DNA of 37,003 nucleotides from an uncultured Methanobrevibacter sp. (GTDB lineage Archaea; Methanobacteriota; Methanobacteria; Methanobacteriales; Methanobacteriaceae), in assembly GCA_902772665.1 (NCBI GenBank), contig CACYBU010000124.1:1-37003 (forward strand), read 5' to 3'. The translations under genes and the position numbers were made by a program. Positions 8,687-17,502 of the stretch are shown one piece after another (the first letter of the stretch is position 1; every line of letters begins with the position of its first letter). The notes under the pieces were generated by a model. That model was not told where the DNA came from, did not search any database, and saw nothing but the letters and a program-made list of their open reading frames with translations.

Positions 8687-9487
8687 CTATTTTTCAAGAT
8701 TTAACAGTTTTGCGGCATTCTCATAAAGTATCTGTGAGCGCTCTTTTTCACTCAGATGGATTTTATTAAAGTATTCCATCTCACTTGTAGACTCCCACAT
8801 TGGATAATCGGTTCCCCAAAGTACCTTATCGCTACCGTAAGCATGAATCAGATCCAATGCAGTTTCAGGACTGAGGGCATACAGACTTGAACTTAAATCA
8901 ACATACAAGTTTTTAAAACAGGATAATTCGCTGGTCGCCTCTTCCCACATACTCCATCCGGCAAAATGAGCTCCAATAAATTTAATATCTGGAAATTTTT
9001 CTAAAAATGGTTTAATCTGTTTGGGATTTGAATAATTATATCTGAAATCGCCGCAATGAACAAGCATAGGCACTTTGGCATCATTTACCACTTCACCGAT
9101 TTTAAATGCACGTTCTTCATTCATTGCAAATAGCTGAAAATCGGGATGCAGTTTAACTCCCTTCAAACCCAGTTCAATCAGATAATCAAAATCACCTTGA
9201 ATATCGTCACTGCCGGGGTGCAGTGTTCCAAATCCGGTGAATAAATCAGGATGAGTATTCACTGACTGGGCTATAAATTCGTTAATTGATTTTACCTGCT
9301 TTGAAGTTGTTGCAACGGAGTGGATAAGATAATGTGTCACGCCGACTTTATTCCCGTCTTTTATTAAATCATCTAATGTTCCGTTTAAGGACATATCTAA
9401 ATCATAAAAATTTCTAATTCCCATAACTGCTTTATCGGCTATTTTTTCAGGGTAAATATGACAATGTGCATTGATTATTTTCTGCAT
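8687..9487 (-). CDS. Amidohydrolase family (Amidohydro_2) metal-dependent hydrolase
   Basis: IINAHCH, GVKLHP, VHCG, GAHFAG and WGTDYP motifs. GAGGTGG RBS supports the start at 9487 rather than 9544. Confidence 0.9.
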   Translation of the reverse strand: MQKIINAHCHIYPEKIADKAVMGIRNFYDLDMSLNGTLDDLIKDGNKVGVTHYLIHSVATTSKQVKSINEFIAQSVNTHPDLFTGFGTLHPGSDDIQGDFDYLIELGLKGVKLHPDFQLFAMNEERAFKIGEVVNDAKVPMLVHCGDFRYNYSNPKQIKPFLEKFPDIKFIGAHFAGWSMWEEATSELSCFKNLYVDLSSSLYALSPETALDLIHAYGSDKVLWGTDYPMWESTSEMEYFNKIHLSEKERSQILYENAAKLLNLEK

Positions 9488-9506
9488 ATATTGAGCCACC
9501 TCTATT

Positions 9507-10169
9507 TTAATATAATCTCTCACCGGTATATATATTTTCTTCACTGTATATTCTAATCAGTCTGTCGATTAAATCATCATACATTAATCTGCACCCTACT
9601 GCACCTCCCTGTTTTGTTTTAACATTGTTTAGGGATGTGTTGGAAAATTCACTGCAGTTATTGATGATATACCACATTCCATGAGGTGTGTATATGAATA
9701 ATTCTCCTTCGCCGTTTTTTGCTCCATTTTTGTATCTGTCCTTTGGGTCATATATTTTAGTTGAATGAACGGCAAGTCTTGACAGGTCCTGTTCTGGTCT
9801 TGTCCCTGTTTTTTCAAATAGCATTTTTAGCCATTCATAGGACTGGTCAATAAGTATGGTTTTTTTAAGGGGGTCTGCAAAAGCTTCCTTTATTTTGTTT
9901 TGTCTTTTTTCAAGGGTGTTTGTTATTCCAAGTATCTCTTCAACTTTCGCCACATCATTCTCAAGGCATCTCCATCCTTCGGGTCTGCCTGTAACCTGAA
10001 CGTTTCCTTCTACAAAGTCCATTCTTTTGAATTTTCTAAAGTAAAGTTTTACCTTTTCAAAATCTTTATCGGGAATACGCTTGTTCAGGCCATAAAGATA
10101 ACCATATTCGTTGGCGTCAAAGCATTTGGTTTCAAGTTTCAAATCTTCATCATGCATATTAATCACCAT
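9507..10169 (-). CDS. Hypothetical protein
   Basis: 220-aa ORF with protein-like composition, co-directional with and 19 nt from the amidohydrolase. No recognised motif. Confidence 0.7.
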   Translation of the reverse strand: MVINMHDEDLKLETKCFDANEYGYLYGLNKRIPDKDFEKVKLYFRKFKRMDFVEGNVQVTGRPEGWRCLENDVAKVEEILGITNTLEKRQNKIKEAFADPLKKTILIDQSYEWLKMLFEKTGTRPEQDLSRLAVHSTKIYDPKDRYKNGAKNGEGELFIYTPHGMWYIINNCSEFSNTSLNNVKTKQGGAVGCRLMYDDLIDRLIRIYSEENIYTGERLY

Positions 10170-10334
10170 GTACTCAAATATTAATTTTGTGTTATGATTT
10201 GATATAAAATTATTGATTTATTTAAGAAAAATTGGAATTTTAGTATATATCTATAATTTTCAGATTAATGCCAATGGTATAACCAAATTTTTGTTTAGTA
10301 ATATTTTTTTATATTAAAAACCAATATTATTACT

Positions 10335-11288
10335 ATGGTAAAGGTAAGTATTTTAGGATCAACTGGAATAATCGGGAAAAACGTAGCGTTTACTCTTGCA
10401 CGTGAGGATACAGTTGATGAAATTGTAATGTTTTCAAGAGTTGAAAGTCTTGACAAAGCAAAGGGAGAAACTTATGATATGTATGATGCATTGGCTGCAC
10501 GTGATATTGACTGCAAATTAACTCCAAGTTCTGATTTTAATGATATTGCAGGTTCGGCCATTGTGCTGATTGCAGCCGGAATACACAGGGAAAAAGGAAT
10601 GAAAAGACTGGATTTAGCTATTCCGAATGCTGAAATTGTAAGTTATTACTCCAAAAAAATTTCAGAGCATGCTCCTGATTCAATAATATTGGTCGCAACC
10701 AATCCTGTCGATGTAATGACTACTGTTGCCCTTAAAACTTCTGGATTTAAAAAGAGCAAGGTAATAGGTGTTGGAAACCACCTTGATTCCCTGAGGTTGA
10801 AAAATTATTTCTCAAGACAAATCGATATTAACAGCTCAGAAGTACATACCAGGGTAATCGGTGAACATGGAGATCATATGGTTCCTCTTTTAAGTTCAAC
10901 TACTATTGGAGGTATTCCTCTTAAATATTTCGTAGAATATGTTGATTTGGATATCACTGGTCTTGTTCAGCAGCTGAAACATGCTGGAAATACAATTATT
11001 TCTAAAAAAGGTGCAACGGAATACGGTCCGGCTTTTGCTATTTCAAACCTGATGTCCACCATACTTACGGATTCACACAGAATTCTAACCGTCAGCAGTT
11101 ATCTGGACGGTGAAATCGAAAGGGTCGAGGACGTTTCACTGGGAGTTCCTGCTGTAATAACTAAAAAAGGTGTTGCAATGATTGTACCGATTCACATGAA
11201 TGATATTGAAAAAAAAGAATTCTTCGAAGCGGCACATACAGTCAGGGATGCAACTGAGATAGTATTGGAAAATCTTAATATTCAATAA
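10335..11288 (+). CDS. mdh: Malate/L-2-hydroxyacid dehydrogenase (LDH/MDH family, archaeal type)
   Basis: GSTGIIG, AAGIHREKGMKRLDL, TNPVD, HLDSLR and IGEHGD motifs. Confidence 0.8.
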   Translation: MVKVSILGSTGIIGKNVAFTLAREDTVDEIVMFSRVESLDKAKGETYDMYDALAARDIDCKLTPSSDFNDIAGSAIVLIAAGIHREKGMKRLDLAIPNAEIVSYYSKKISEHAPDSIILVATNPVDVMTTVALKTSGFKKSKVIGVGNHLDSLRLKNYFSRQIDINSSEVHTRVIGEHGDHMVPLLSSTTIGGIPLKYFVEYVDLDITGLVQQLKHAGNTIISKKGATEYGPAFAISNLMSTILTDSHRILTVSSYLDGEIERVEDVSLGVPAVITKKGVAMIVPIHMNDIEKKEFFEAAHTVRDATEIVLENLNIQ

Positions 11289-11318
11289 TCTGTAATAATG
11301 TATAAAAGGTGGATAAAA

Positions 11319-11759
11319 ATGAAACTTGTCGTTCAAAGAGTAACATCAGCTAGTGTGGAAGTTGAAGGTGAAATTGTAGGTGAGATATGGGAGGGACTCA
11401 TGACTTTGGTTGGATTCGGTGAAAACGATACTGAAAGGGAAGCAGACTATCTGGCCAGAAAACTTGCAAAATTAAGAATTTTTGAAGATGAAAACGGTCG
11501 TATGAATAAATCAGTAATTGATATTGGAGGAAAACTGCTACTGGTTCCCCAATTTACATTATATGCACATACTAAAAAGAACAGACCATCCTTTCACAAG
11601 GCAATGTCTCCGGATAAAGCCACAGAGTTATTTGATTATTTTTCAGAAAAATGCAGAGAATTAGTGGAAGTTGAAACTGGAGAATTTGGAGCTTTTATGA
11701 ATGTGAACCTCCTGAATAATGGTCCTGTAACTATTCTTTTGGAAAAAGAATTTGAATAA
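11319..11759 (+). CDS. dtd: D-aminoacyl-tRNA deacylase, DTD1 (bacterial/eukaryotic type)
   Basis: MKLVVQRV, LRIFEDENGRMN, PQFTL, RPSF and NNGPVT. AGGTGG RBS before ATG 11319. Confidence 0.92.
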   Translation: MKLVVQRVTSASVEVEGEIVGEIWEGLMTLVGFGENDTEREADYLARKLAKLRIFEDENGRMNKSVIDIGGKLLLVPQFTLYAHTKKNRPSFHKAMSPDKATELFDYFSEKCRELVEVETGEFGAFMNVNLLNNGPVTILLEKEFE

Positions 11760-11839
11760 TAATAACAAATTAAATACAAATATTTAAAAACTTTTACATC
11801 CAAATATATAATTTACTGACATTAGGGATGTAAAAATAA

Positions 11840-12754
11840 ATGTCTATTGAAACTCCAAGATCCGAAGAAATCAAAAGGTTGACTTCACCGATAACCTTTA
11901 AAGACTTTAAAGCTTATGACAGTGAGGGAAATCTATTAAAATGCAGTGAAACATTATCAGATGTGAGATTTATAGTGGAACCTAGAGTTGCACATTTATC
12001 TGATAATGAAATTCTACAATATGCTCCTGACTGTAAAACAGCATCTAAAATCAGGTTAAAAAGAGGTTTTGGAAATATTCAGGACATTTTACTGATTCAT
12101 GAATCACTTCCATGGATAGCTGCACTGTATTATGTTGTTTTGATTTGCATATCCGTTCCCTTTGCCTTTTCAAAATTTGCCATTGGAATGTATGCATCAC
12201 TTGTTCTTTTCATTGTGCCTTTAATCTATTTATATTTTGTTTTTAATATTAAACGGTATGTTAGAAAAACTGTAAAACCAAAAGTGAAAAATACAACCCA
12301 AAATAAACAAACGATTGATGATAAAGAAGTTATAATCCAAAAACAGGAAGATACTAGTGTTGAATCCCTTAAAAAATATGAAAAACAAATTATTGATTTA
12401 AATGTTTTGTTTGATGTAAAAGAGGAAGTTGTTTGTGGTTTAATTGAAAAGCGTTTTGAACCACCTCAATTGACTTATGATAAATTCATGTCTTCAATTG
12501 ACAGTTGCCGTAAATTATTCGATTCACAGTCAAAATCAGCATTGAATATTATTCATATGGCTGCTGATGACACTCCAAGGGTTCAAAATGAAATTGAAAC
12601 TAAAATCAATGCAATGAAAACAATTATCAATCAGATTGAAGAGCTTACCAACGAACTGGTAATCAATATCAGTTCCTCTCAAGAATCTCCAAATGAAGTC
12701 AATAATTTACTGGAGGATATGGAAAATCTAATCAGTTCTGTTAAAGATTATTAG
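11840..12754 (+). CDS. Two-TM membrane protein with C-terminal coiled coil, probable TelA partner (XpaC-like)
   Basis: Two adjacent TM segments and a helical C-terminus LIEKRFEPPQLTYDKF. First gene of the TelA-containing run. Confidence 0.6.
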   Translation: MSIETPRSEEIKRLTSPITFKDFKAYDSEGNLLKCSETLSDVRFIVEPRVAHLSDNEILQYAPDCKTASKIRLKRGFGNIQDILLIHESLPWIAALYYVVLICISVPFAFSKFAIGMYASLVLFIVPLIYLYFVFNIKRYVRKTVKPKVKNTTQNKQTIDDKEVIIQKQEDTSVESLKKYEKQIIDLNVLFDVKEEVVCGLIEKRFEPPQLTYDKFMSSIDSCRKLFDSQSKSALNIIHMAADDTPRVQNEIETKINAMKTIINQIEELTNELVINISSSQESPNEVNNLLEDMENLISSVKDY

Positions 12755-12762
12755 GTGATAAA

Positions 12763-13347
12763 ATGACAAAAATTTGTCCTAAATGTGGAAAGACATTACC
12801 TGAAAATGCAAAGTTTTGCATGGATTGCGGATATAATATTGACAGTGAATCTGATCAAGGAAATTCAAATATATTTTCCAACGGTTCAATTTTCATAATT
12901 CTGATAGTAGCAGTTTTGCTTATAGGTGGCATATTTGTTATAACATCTAATTTCGGAGGACATGACGCTCCTGCGCAGGATGATGTTAAAGACCAGCATG
13001 CTGTTGATTTAATTATAACTGATGTAAAAGGATGGGATTCCGATGATGATTCAGATGCATCATATACATTGTACATGGAAGCCATATTTAATAGTGTACC
13101 TAATAATTTGAAAGGATATAATGTAAAAACAACCTATTTTGATGCAAACGATTCAGAGATTGGTCATGAAACCGAAACATTGGAAAATGTTTACTATGAG
13201 AGTGAATATGCAATAAGTTTCGGATTTTATACAACTTACAAATTGCCCGATCCTGACCATGTTAAAGTTGAAATTATTAAAGACAGAAAGGTTATTGATA
13301 CCTTCAGCGAAAAAATTGATAAAAATAAAATTGATTATTTAAATTAA
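12763..13347 (+). CDS. Zinc-ribbon + single-TM + extracellular domain protein
   Basis: CPKCG...FCMDCG, then TM IFIILIVAVLLIGGIFVI, then an acidic beta-rich domain. Confidence 0.8.
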   Translation: MTKICPKCGKTLPENAKFCMDCGYNIDSESDQGNSNIFSNGSIFIILIVAVLLIGGIFVITSNFGGHDAPAQDDVKDQHAVDLIITDVKGWDSDDDSDASYTLYMEAIFNSVPNNLKGYNVKTTYFDANDSEIGHETETLENVYYESEYAISFGFYTTYKLPDPDHVKVEIIKDRKVIDTFSEKIDKNKIDYLN

Positions 13348-13359
13348 AGGTGATGAAAA

Positions 13360-14499
13360 ATGGCTGAATTTTCATTAGATATAGATGGAATTAAAGAAGA
13401 TGTTGAAACTTCTTTAAATGAACAGAAAGAAAAATTAGAAGATTCTAATCTTAAAAATCAAGCAAGCAATAATGCACAGGCAATATTTGATGCAGACCTA
13501 ACCAATCCTCATGAAAGGGAAAATATCATAAAACCTCTTGATGATTTCGGATTAAATGACATGTCAAAATCAGCAGCCCATAATGAAATGCTGGCAACAA
13601 GATTTGTTGATTTGACAAAAGGAGGTAAAGATGCAGACAATATTGGAGAACAGTTACTTGAGTTAAACAAACAGATGAAGGATTTGGATCCAAGTAGAGT
13701 TGATTTTGCAAAAAAAGGAGTTATTGGAAATTTAATGAATCCTGTTAGAAAATACTTTGCAAAATATGAAAAAGCTGAAGGAGCAATCTCAGATATTGTA
13801 GAATCCCTTGACAAAAGCAGTAAAATACTTCAAAATGACAATATCACTCTTTTAAATGAGGAAAATTACTTAAGACAAGTGACAAATAAACTTCTTGCCG
13901 ATATTGAACTGGGTAAACAGATGGATGCATCAATTGAGGCGCAGATACAATCTGCTGAAATAGAAGGAGTCGATGAGGAAAAAATTGCATTTGTCCGTGA
14001 AGAGATTTTATTCCCGTTAAGACAGAGAATCATGGATATGCAGCAGATGATAGTTGTAAATCAGCAGGGAATTGTTTCACTCAATGTTATAAGACGTAAC
14101 AATAAGGAACTGATTCGTGGAGTAAACCGTGCTAAAAATGTAACTGTTTCAGCATTGAGAACCGGAGTTATGGTTGCAAGTGCACTGTATGACCAGAAAA
14201 TTGTCATGGATAAAATCAATATCTTAAACCAGACAACTGAAAACATCATAGAATCTACTTCACACATGCTTAAAGAGCAGGGCAGCGAAATTCAAAAGCA
14301 CAGTGCCGAAACAATGATTTCACCTGAAGTCTTAAAATCAGCATTTGCAGAGGCAATGCAGGCTATTGAAGATGTAAGCAATTATAAAACTCAGGCTCTA
14401 CCTAGAATGAAAGAAACCATTAATGCATTTAGCGACATGGCTGATGAAGGTCAGAAAACCGTTGAAAAACTTGAAACCGGTAATAAATTAATTGAATAA
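13360..14499 (+). CDS. telA: Toxic anion resistance protein (TelA/KlaB family)
   Basis: LNKQMKDLDPS, RKYFAKYE, LRQRIMDMQQ and IRRNNKELIRGVNRA. All-helical, 379 aa. Confidence 0.88.
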   Translation: MAEFSLDIDGIKEDVETSLNEQKEKLEDSNLKNQASNNAQAIFDADLTNPHERENIIKPLDDFGLNDMSKSAAHNEMLATRFVDLTKGGKDADNIGEQLLELNKQMKDLDPSRVDFAKKGVIGNLMNPVRKYFAKYEKAEGAISDIVESLDKSSKILQNDNITLLNEENYLRQVTNKLLADIELGKQMDASIEAQIQSAEIEGVDEEKIAFVREEILFPLRQRIMDMQQMIVVNQQGIVSLNVIRRNNKELIRGVNRAKNVTVSALRTGVMVASALYDQKIVMDKINILNQTTENIIESTSHMLKEQGSEIQKHSAETMISPEVLKSAFAEAMQAIEDVSNYKTQALPRMKETINAFSDMADEGQKTVEKLETGNKLIE

Positions 14500-14501
14500 A
14501 T

Positions 14502-14924
14502 ATGAATCTATTGGAAAAAATTAAAAACTCATGGTGGGTAATCCTTTCGGTAATCATTGGTTTAAACGGTATAGGATTTATCTACATTGGATCGAAACAT
14601 AATAATAAAAATTGGATACTTGAAGGAATTACCTATGAATTCCCATGGTTTTTTTACTTAATAGTTTATGCAATTTACGGTCATAGCAATCCGTCAACTT
14701 TAATAATCACTTTTGCAGCTATATTATTGCTGATAAGCTTGATTCGCTCTATTTGGGTGGCAATTAAACTTGCCGATGTATATGACAACAATGAAAAGTA
14801 TACCATTAAGCAGACAAACTTAAACAATTCAACTAACCTCAGCAAGGACGATACTCCTAAGTTAAGCTGCTGTTTAGGTCTAATATGTATTTTCATCATA
14901 ATTGCAGTAATTATCATCCTTTAA
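14502..14924 (+). CDS. Hypothetical integral membrane protein
   Basis: About 4 hydrophobic segments. Starts 2 nt after the telA stop. Confidence 0.7.
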   Translation: MNLLEKIKNSWWVILSVIIGLNGIGFIYIGSKHNNKNWILEGITYEFPWFFYLIVYAIYGHSNPSTLIITFAAILLLISLIRSIWVAIKLADVYDNNEKYTIKQTNLNNSTNLSKDDTPKLSCCLGLICIFIIIAVIIIL

Positions 14925-14937
14925 TTTTAGTGGTTGA

Positions 14938-15408
14938 ATGTTTAGAAATATGAGAAGACAAAAACAGCAGCTTTCAAAAGAAGAATGTATAAAAATATTA
15001 ACTGATGAGCCCAGAGGAGTTTTGGCTCTTTTGGGAGATTATGATTATCCATATGCAGTTCCAATGAGTCATGTATATATTGACGGCAGAATTTACTTTC
15101 ATGGGGCGATGAAAGGTCATAAAAACGATTCCATTAAAAAATATGATAAGGTTTCATATTGTGTTGTTGATAAGGGATTCACAAACGAAGACGGATGGTC
15201 ATATACATTCAAAAGTGTAATTGTTTTTGGAAGAATAAAAATATTAACAGACCGTGATGAAAAAGTGGAAAAATTAACATGCCTTGGAGATAAGTTTTTC
15301 CCATCTCATGAAGATACAGTGGATGAAATCTCACGGCTTCTAAATAAGACAGAAGTTTTTGAAATAACAATTGAACATATAACCGGTAAGATTGTAGAAG
15401 AAAAATAA
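14938..15408 (+). CDS. Pyridoxamine 5'-phosphate oxidase-like / Nim (5-nitroimidazole reductase-like) flavin-binding protein
   Basis: MFRNMRRQKQQLS, YPYAVPM, IYFHGAMKGHK and FKSVIVFG motifs. Confidence 0.85.
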   Translation: MFRNMRRQKQQLSKEECIKILTDEPRGVLALLGDYDYPYAVPMSHVYIDGRIYFHGAMKGHKNDSIKKYDKVSYCVVDKGFTNEDGWSYTFKSVIVFGRIKILTDRDEKVEKLTCLGDKFFPSHEDTVDEISRLLNKTEVFEITIEHITGKIVEEK

Positions 15409-15423
15409 GAGGAAATTATAATT

Positions 15424-16086
15424 ATGATAGGCAATGACTGGGATTTGGCTCTGGCCAATGAGTTTAAACAAGACTATTTTTTAAAAATAAAGGATTTTAT
15501 CTGCGAAGAATATAATACAAAAACCATCTATCCTCCATATGAGGAAATATTCAATGCTTTTAAATTCACGCCTTTAGGAAATGTCAAAGTGGTTATTTTA
15601 GGTCAAGATCCATATCATGAAGCCGGTCAGGCACATGGACTTGCATTTTCAACACCTGAAGGAAGACCAATTCCCCGCTCATTAAAAAATATTTTTAAAG
15701 AAATCAACATGGAATATGATTATCCGATTCCGGATTCAGGATGTCTTGAAAAATGGGCTAATCAAGGTGTTTTTTTACTGAACACTGTTTTAACCGTTGA
15801 AGACGGCAATGCCAACTCCCATTGTAAATGCGGATGGCAAATTTTCACGGATAAAGTTATCAAAATATTGGATGAACAGGAACAGCCAATTGTATTTTTG
15901 CTCTGGGGCAAACAGGCAGAAAAGAAAAAAGAGTTGATTTCAAACCCGAATCATCTTGTTTTGATTACATCACATCCCTCCCCTTTCTCAGCAAGACGCG
16001 GATTTTTAGGCTGCAATCATTTTAAACTTGCCAACGAATTTTTAAAAGAAAATAAAAAAGAAGAAATTGATTGGAATTTAGTATAA
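15424..16086 (+). CDS. ung: Uracil-DNA glycosylase, family 1
   Basis: GQDPYH, QAHGLAFS, LLNTVLTV and HPSPFS motifs. Confidence 0.95.
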   Translation: MIGNDWDLALANEFKQDYFLKIKDFICEEYNTKTIYPPYEEIFNAFKFTPLGNVKVVILGQDPYHEAGQAHGLAFSTPEGRPIPRSLKNIFKEINMEYDYPIPDSGCLEKWANQGVFLLNTVLTVEDGNANSHCKCGWQIFTDKVIKILDEQEQPIVFLLWGKQAEKKKELISNPNHLVLITSHPSPFSARRGFLGCNHFKLANEFLKENKKEEIDWNLV

Positions 16087-16089
16087 TCC

Positions 16090-16490
16090 TTCTTTCCACC
16101 GGGAATCTCTTTTAACTCTATCCTTTTCTGTGTAGCATCGTTTGAATGTTGAAGCGGAATCAAACAATACTCATAAACCTGTACTTTTTTTTAATTGGCA
16201 GCATGATATCTGTTGTTTTGTAATGATTGTGCTTGATGTATGAATCGATGTCCTGCACCGATGAAGAGAAATTCCGAGTTATGGGATTGAATTTGTTGTT
16301 TAACATTGTCTTTTATGTATTCTGTTGGAGAATTTTCAAGTCTGTCCGTTGTTTATTATAAACATTACGTTTCTGGAAACTTCCATGTCAAGAGATTCAA
16401 TTGTGGTTCCAACTGCATCCAAAAGAACCGTACTTTCGATTGTATGTCTGTAAGCTCATTAACTTTTTGATTTTGTTTTTCAGTATACAA
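16090..16490 (-). pseudogene. Unidentified gene remnant
   Basis: GC higher than true intergenic DNA here. Protein-like fragments occur in several minus frames (YRHTIESTVLLDAVGTTIESLDMEVSRNV; RLENSPTEYIKDNV...; YEYCLIPL...IELKEIPGGK) but there is no intact ORF. Confidence 0.3.
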
Positions 16491-16492
16491 TT

Positions 16493-17059
16493 TTAAATCA
16501 CAATTTCATATTTGATTTTCCGATTTTCTCTTCTTCTTGAGTCCTTATCAACAAAATCATAAACAAGAGGGTTTTCAATCAGGATTTTCCATACTTCATA
16601 ATTTTCAGTTATGAAATCTTCATTGAATTTCATATTTTTTTCTATAATGGGGCATTTGTATGGAAATTCCGTTTCATCAATTACCAGATGAAAATCACCG
16701 TTTTTGGATATGTGGGGTACTAACGGGAAAGTTCTGCATTGTATTGGTCGGATTTTCCTGTCACATTTTGGGGGGTTTCTGCATTTGACTAGGCCTACAT
16801 CTCCTTTCCAGGAGTGAGGAAAATCAAGTTCCTTTGCATCAACGTAATAGACTTTAAATTCATCACTGCCCTCATACATCAGTTCTTCACCGGGAATTAG
16901 GAATAATGCAAGGTCTTCGTTGGGATAATCTTCGCTGTCATAGACACAGCAGATTTCTCCACATAATTTTCCACAGTCAAATTCAAGCGGTGATACTTTA
17001 TCAAGTCTTTCATAAATATTTTTGATTGATATTTTCATATCTTCCTGACTAATCTCCAT
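16493..17059 (-). CDS. Cysteine-cluster protein (YkgJ/CxxCxxCC-like, Zn/Fe-S)
   Basis: CGKLCGEICC, C...C...RPIQCRTFP and CP motifs. Confidence 0.7.
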   Translation of the reverse strand: MEISQEDMKISIKNIYERLDKVSPLEFDCGKLCGEICCVYDSEDYPNEDLALFLIPGEELMYEGSDEFKVYYVDAKELDFPHSWKGDVGLVKCRNPPKCDRKIRPIQCRTFPLVPHISKNGDFHLVIDETEFPYKCPIIEKNMKFNEDFITENYEVWKILIENPLVYDFVDKDSRRRENRKIKYEIVI

Positions 17060-17406
17060 GTTTTTTAATTGATTTTGAAAAGATAAATAATTTGTTAATG
17101 GTAAAATTTTAAAATTTGATTTATTGAACTTATTTTTAAATATATATGTTAATATGTTGTATTTTTAAGTGTAATCAAAAATTCTTCAATGTTTTATTTT
17201 AAAATAACTTTAAACTGCAAGTATTTGAATATAATATGGTCAATAATTATTATTTTCATTTTCAATTATATTTTGTTGTTAAAAAAATAATCCCTATAAT
17301 TTTATCTTTTTATTGCTAAATTTAACTAAATATCAATTAAAAGCTTAATTTTAATGTATTATTAACTTTATTTAATAAAATTGAACAATTTTAAACATAT
17401 TTAGTA

Positions 17407-17467
17407 AATAAAAAGCTTTATATAAGATATTTGTAATAAATAATTGTGAAGTGGGATAAAATCCCAT
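17407..17467 (+). promoter_or_regulatory. BRE/TATA promoter plus 5'-UTR hairpin of adhesin-transglutaminase 1
   Basis: AATAAAAAGC-TTTATATA(17417)-AGATATTTG and hairpin GTGGGAT-aaa-ATCCCAT (17451-17467). Paralogous copy at 24443-24502. Confidence 0.7.
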
Positions 17468-17502
17468 GGTTTTTTAAAAAAATTCTATAAGGGAGGTAAA
17501 CT

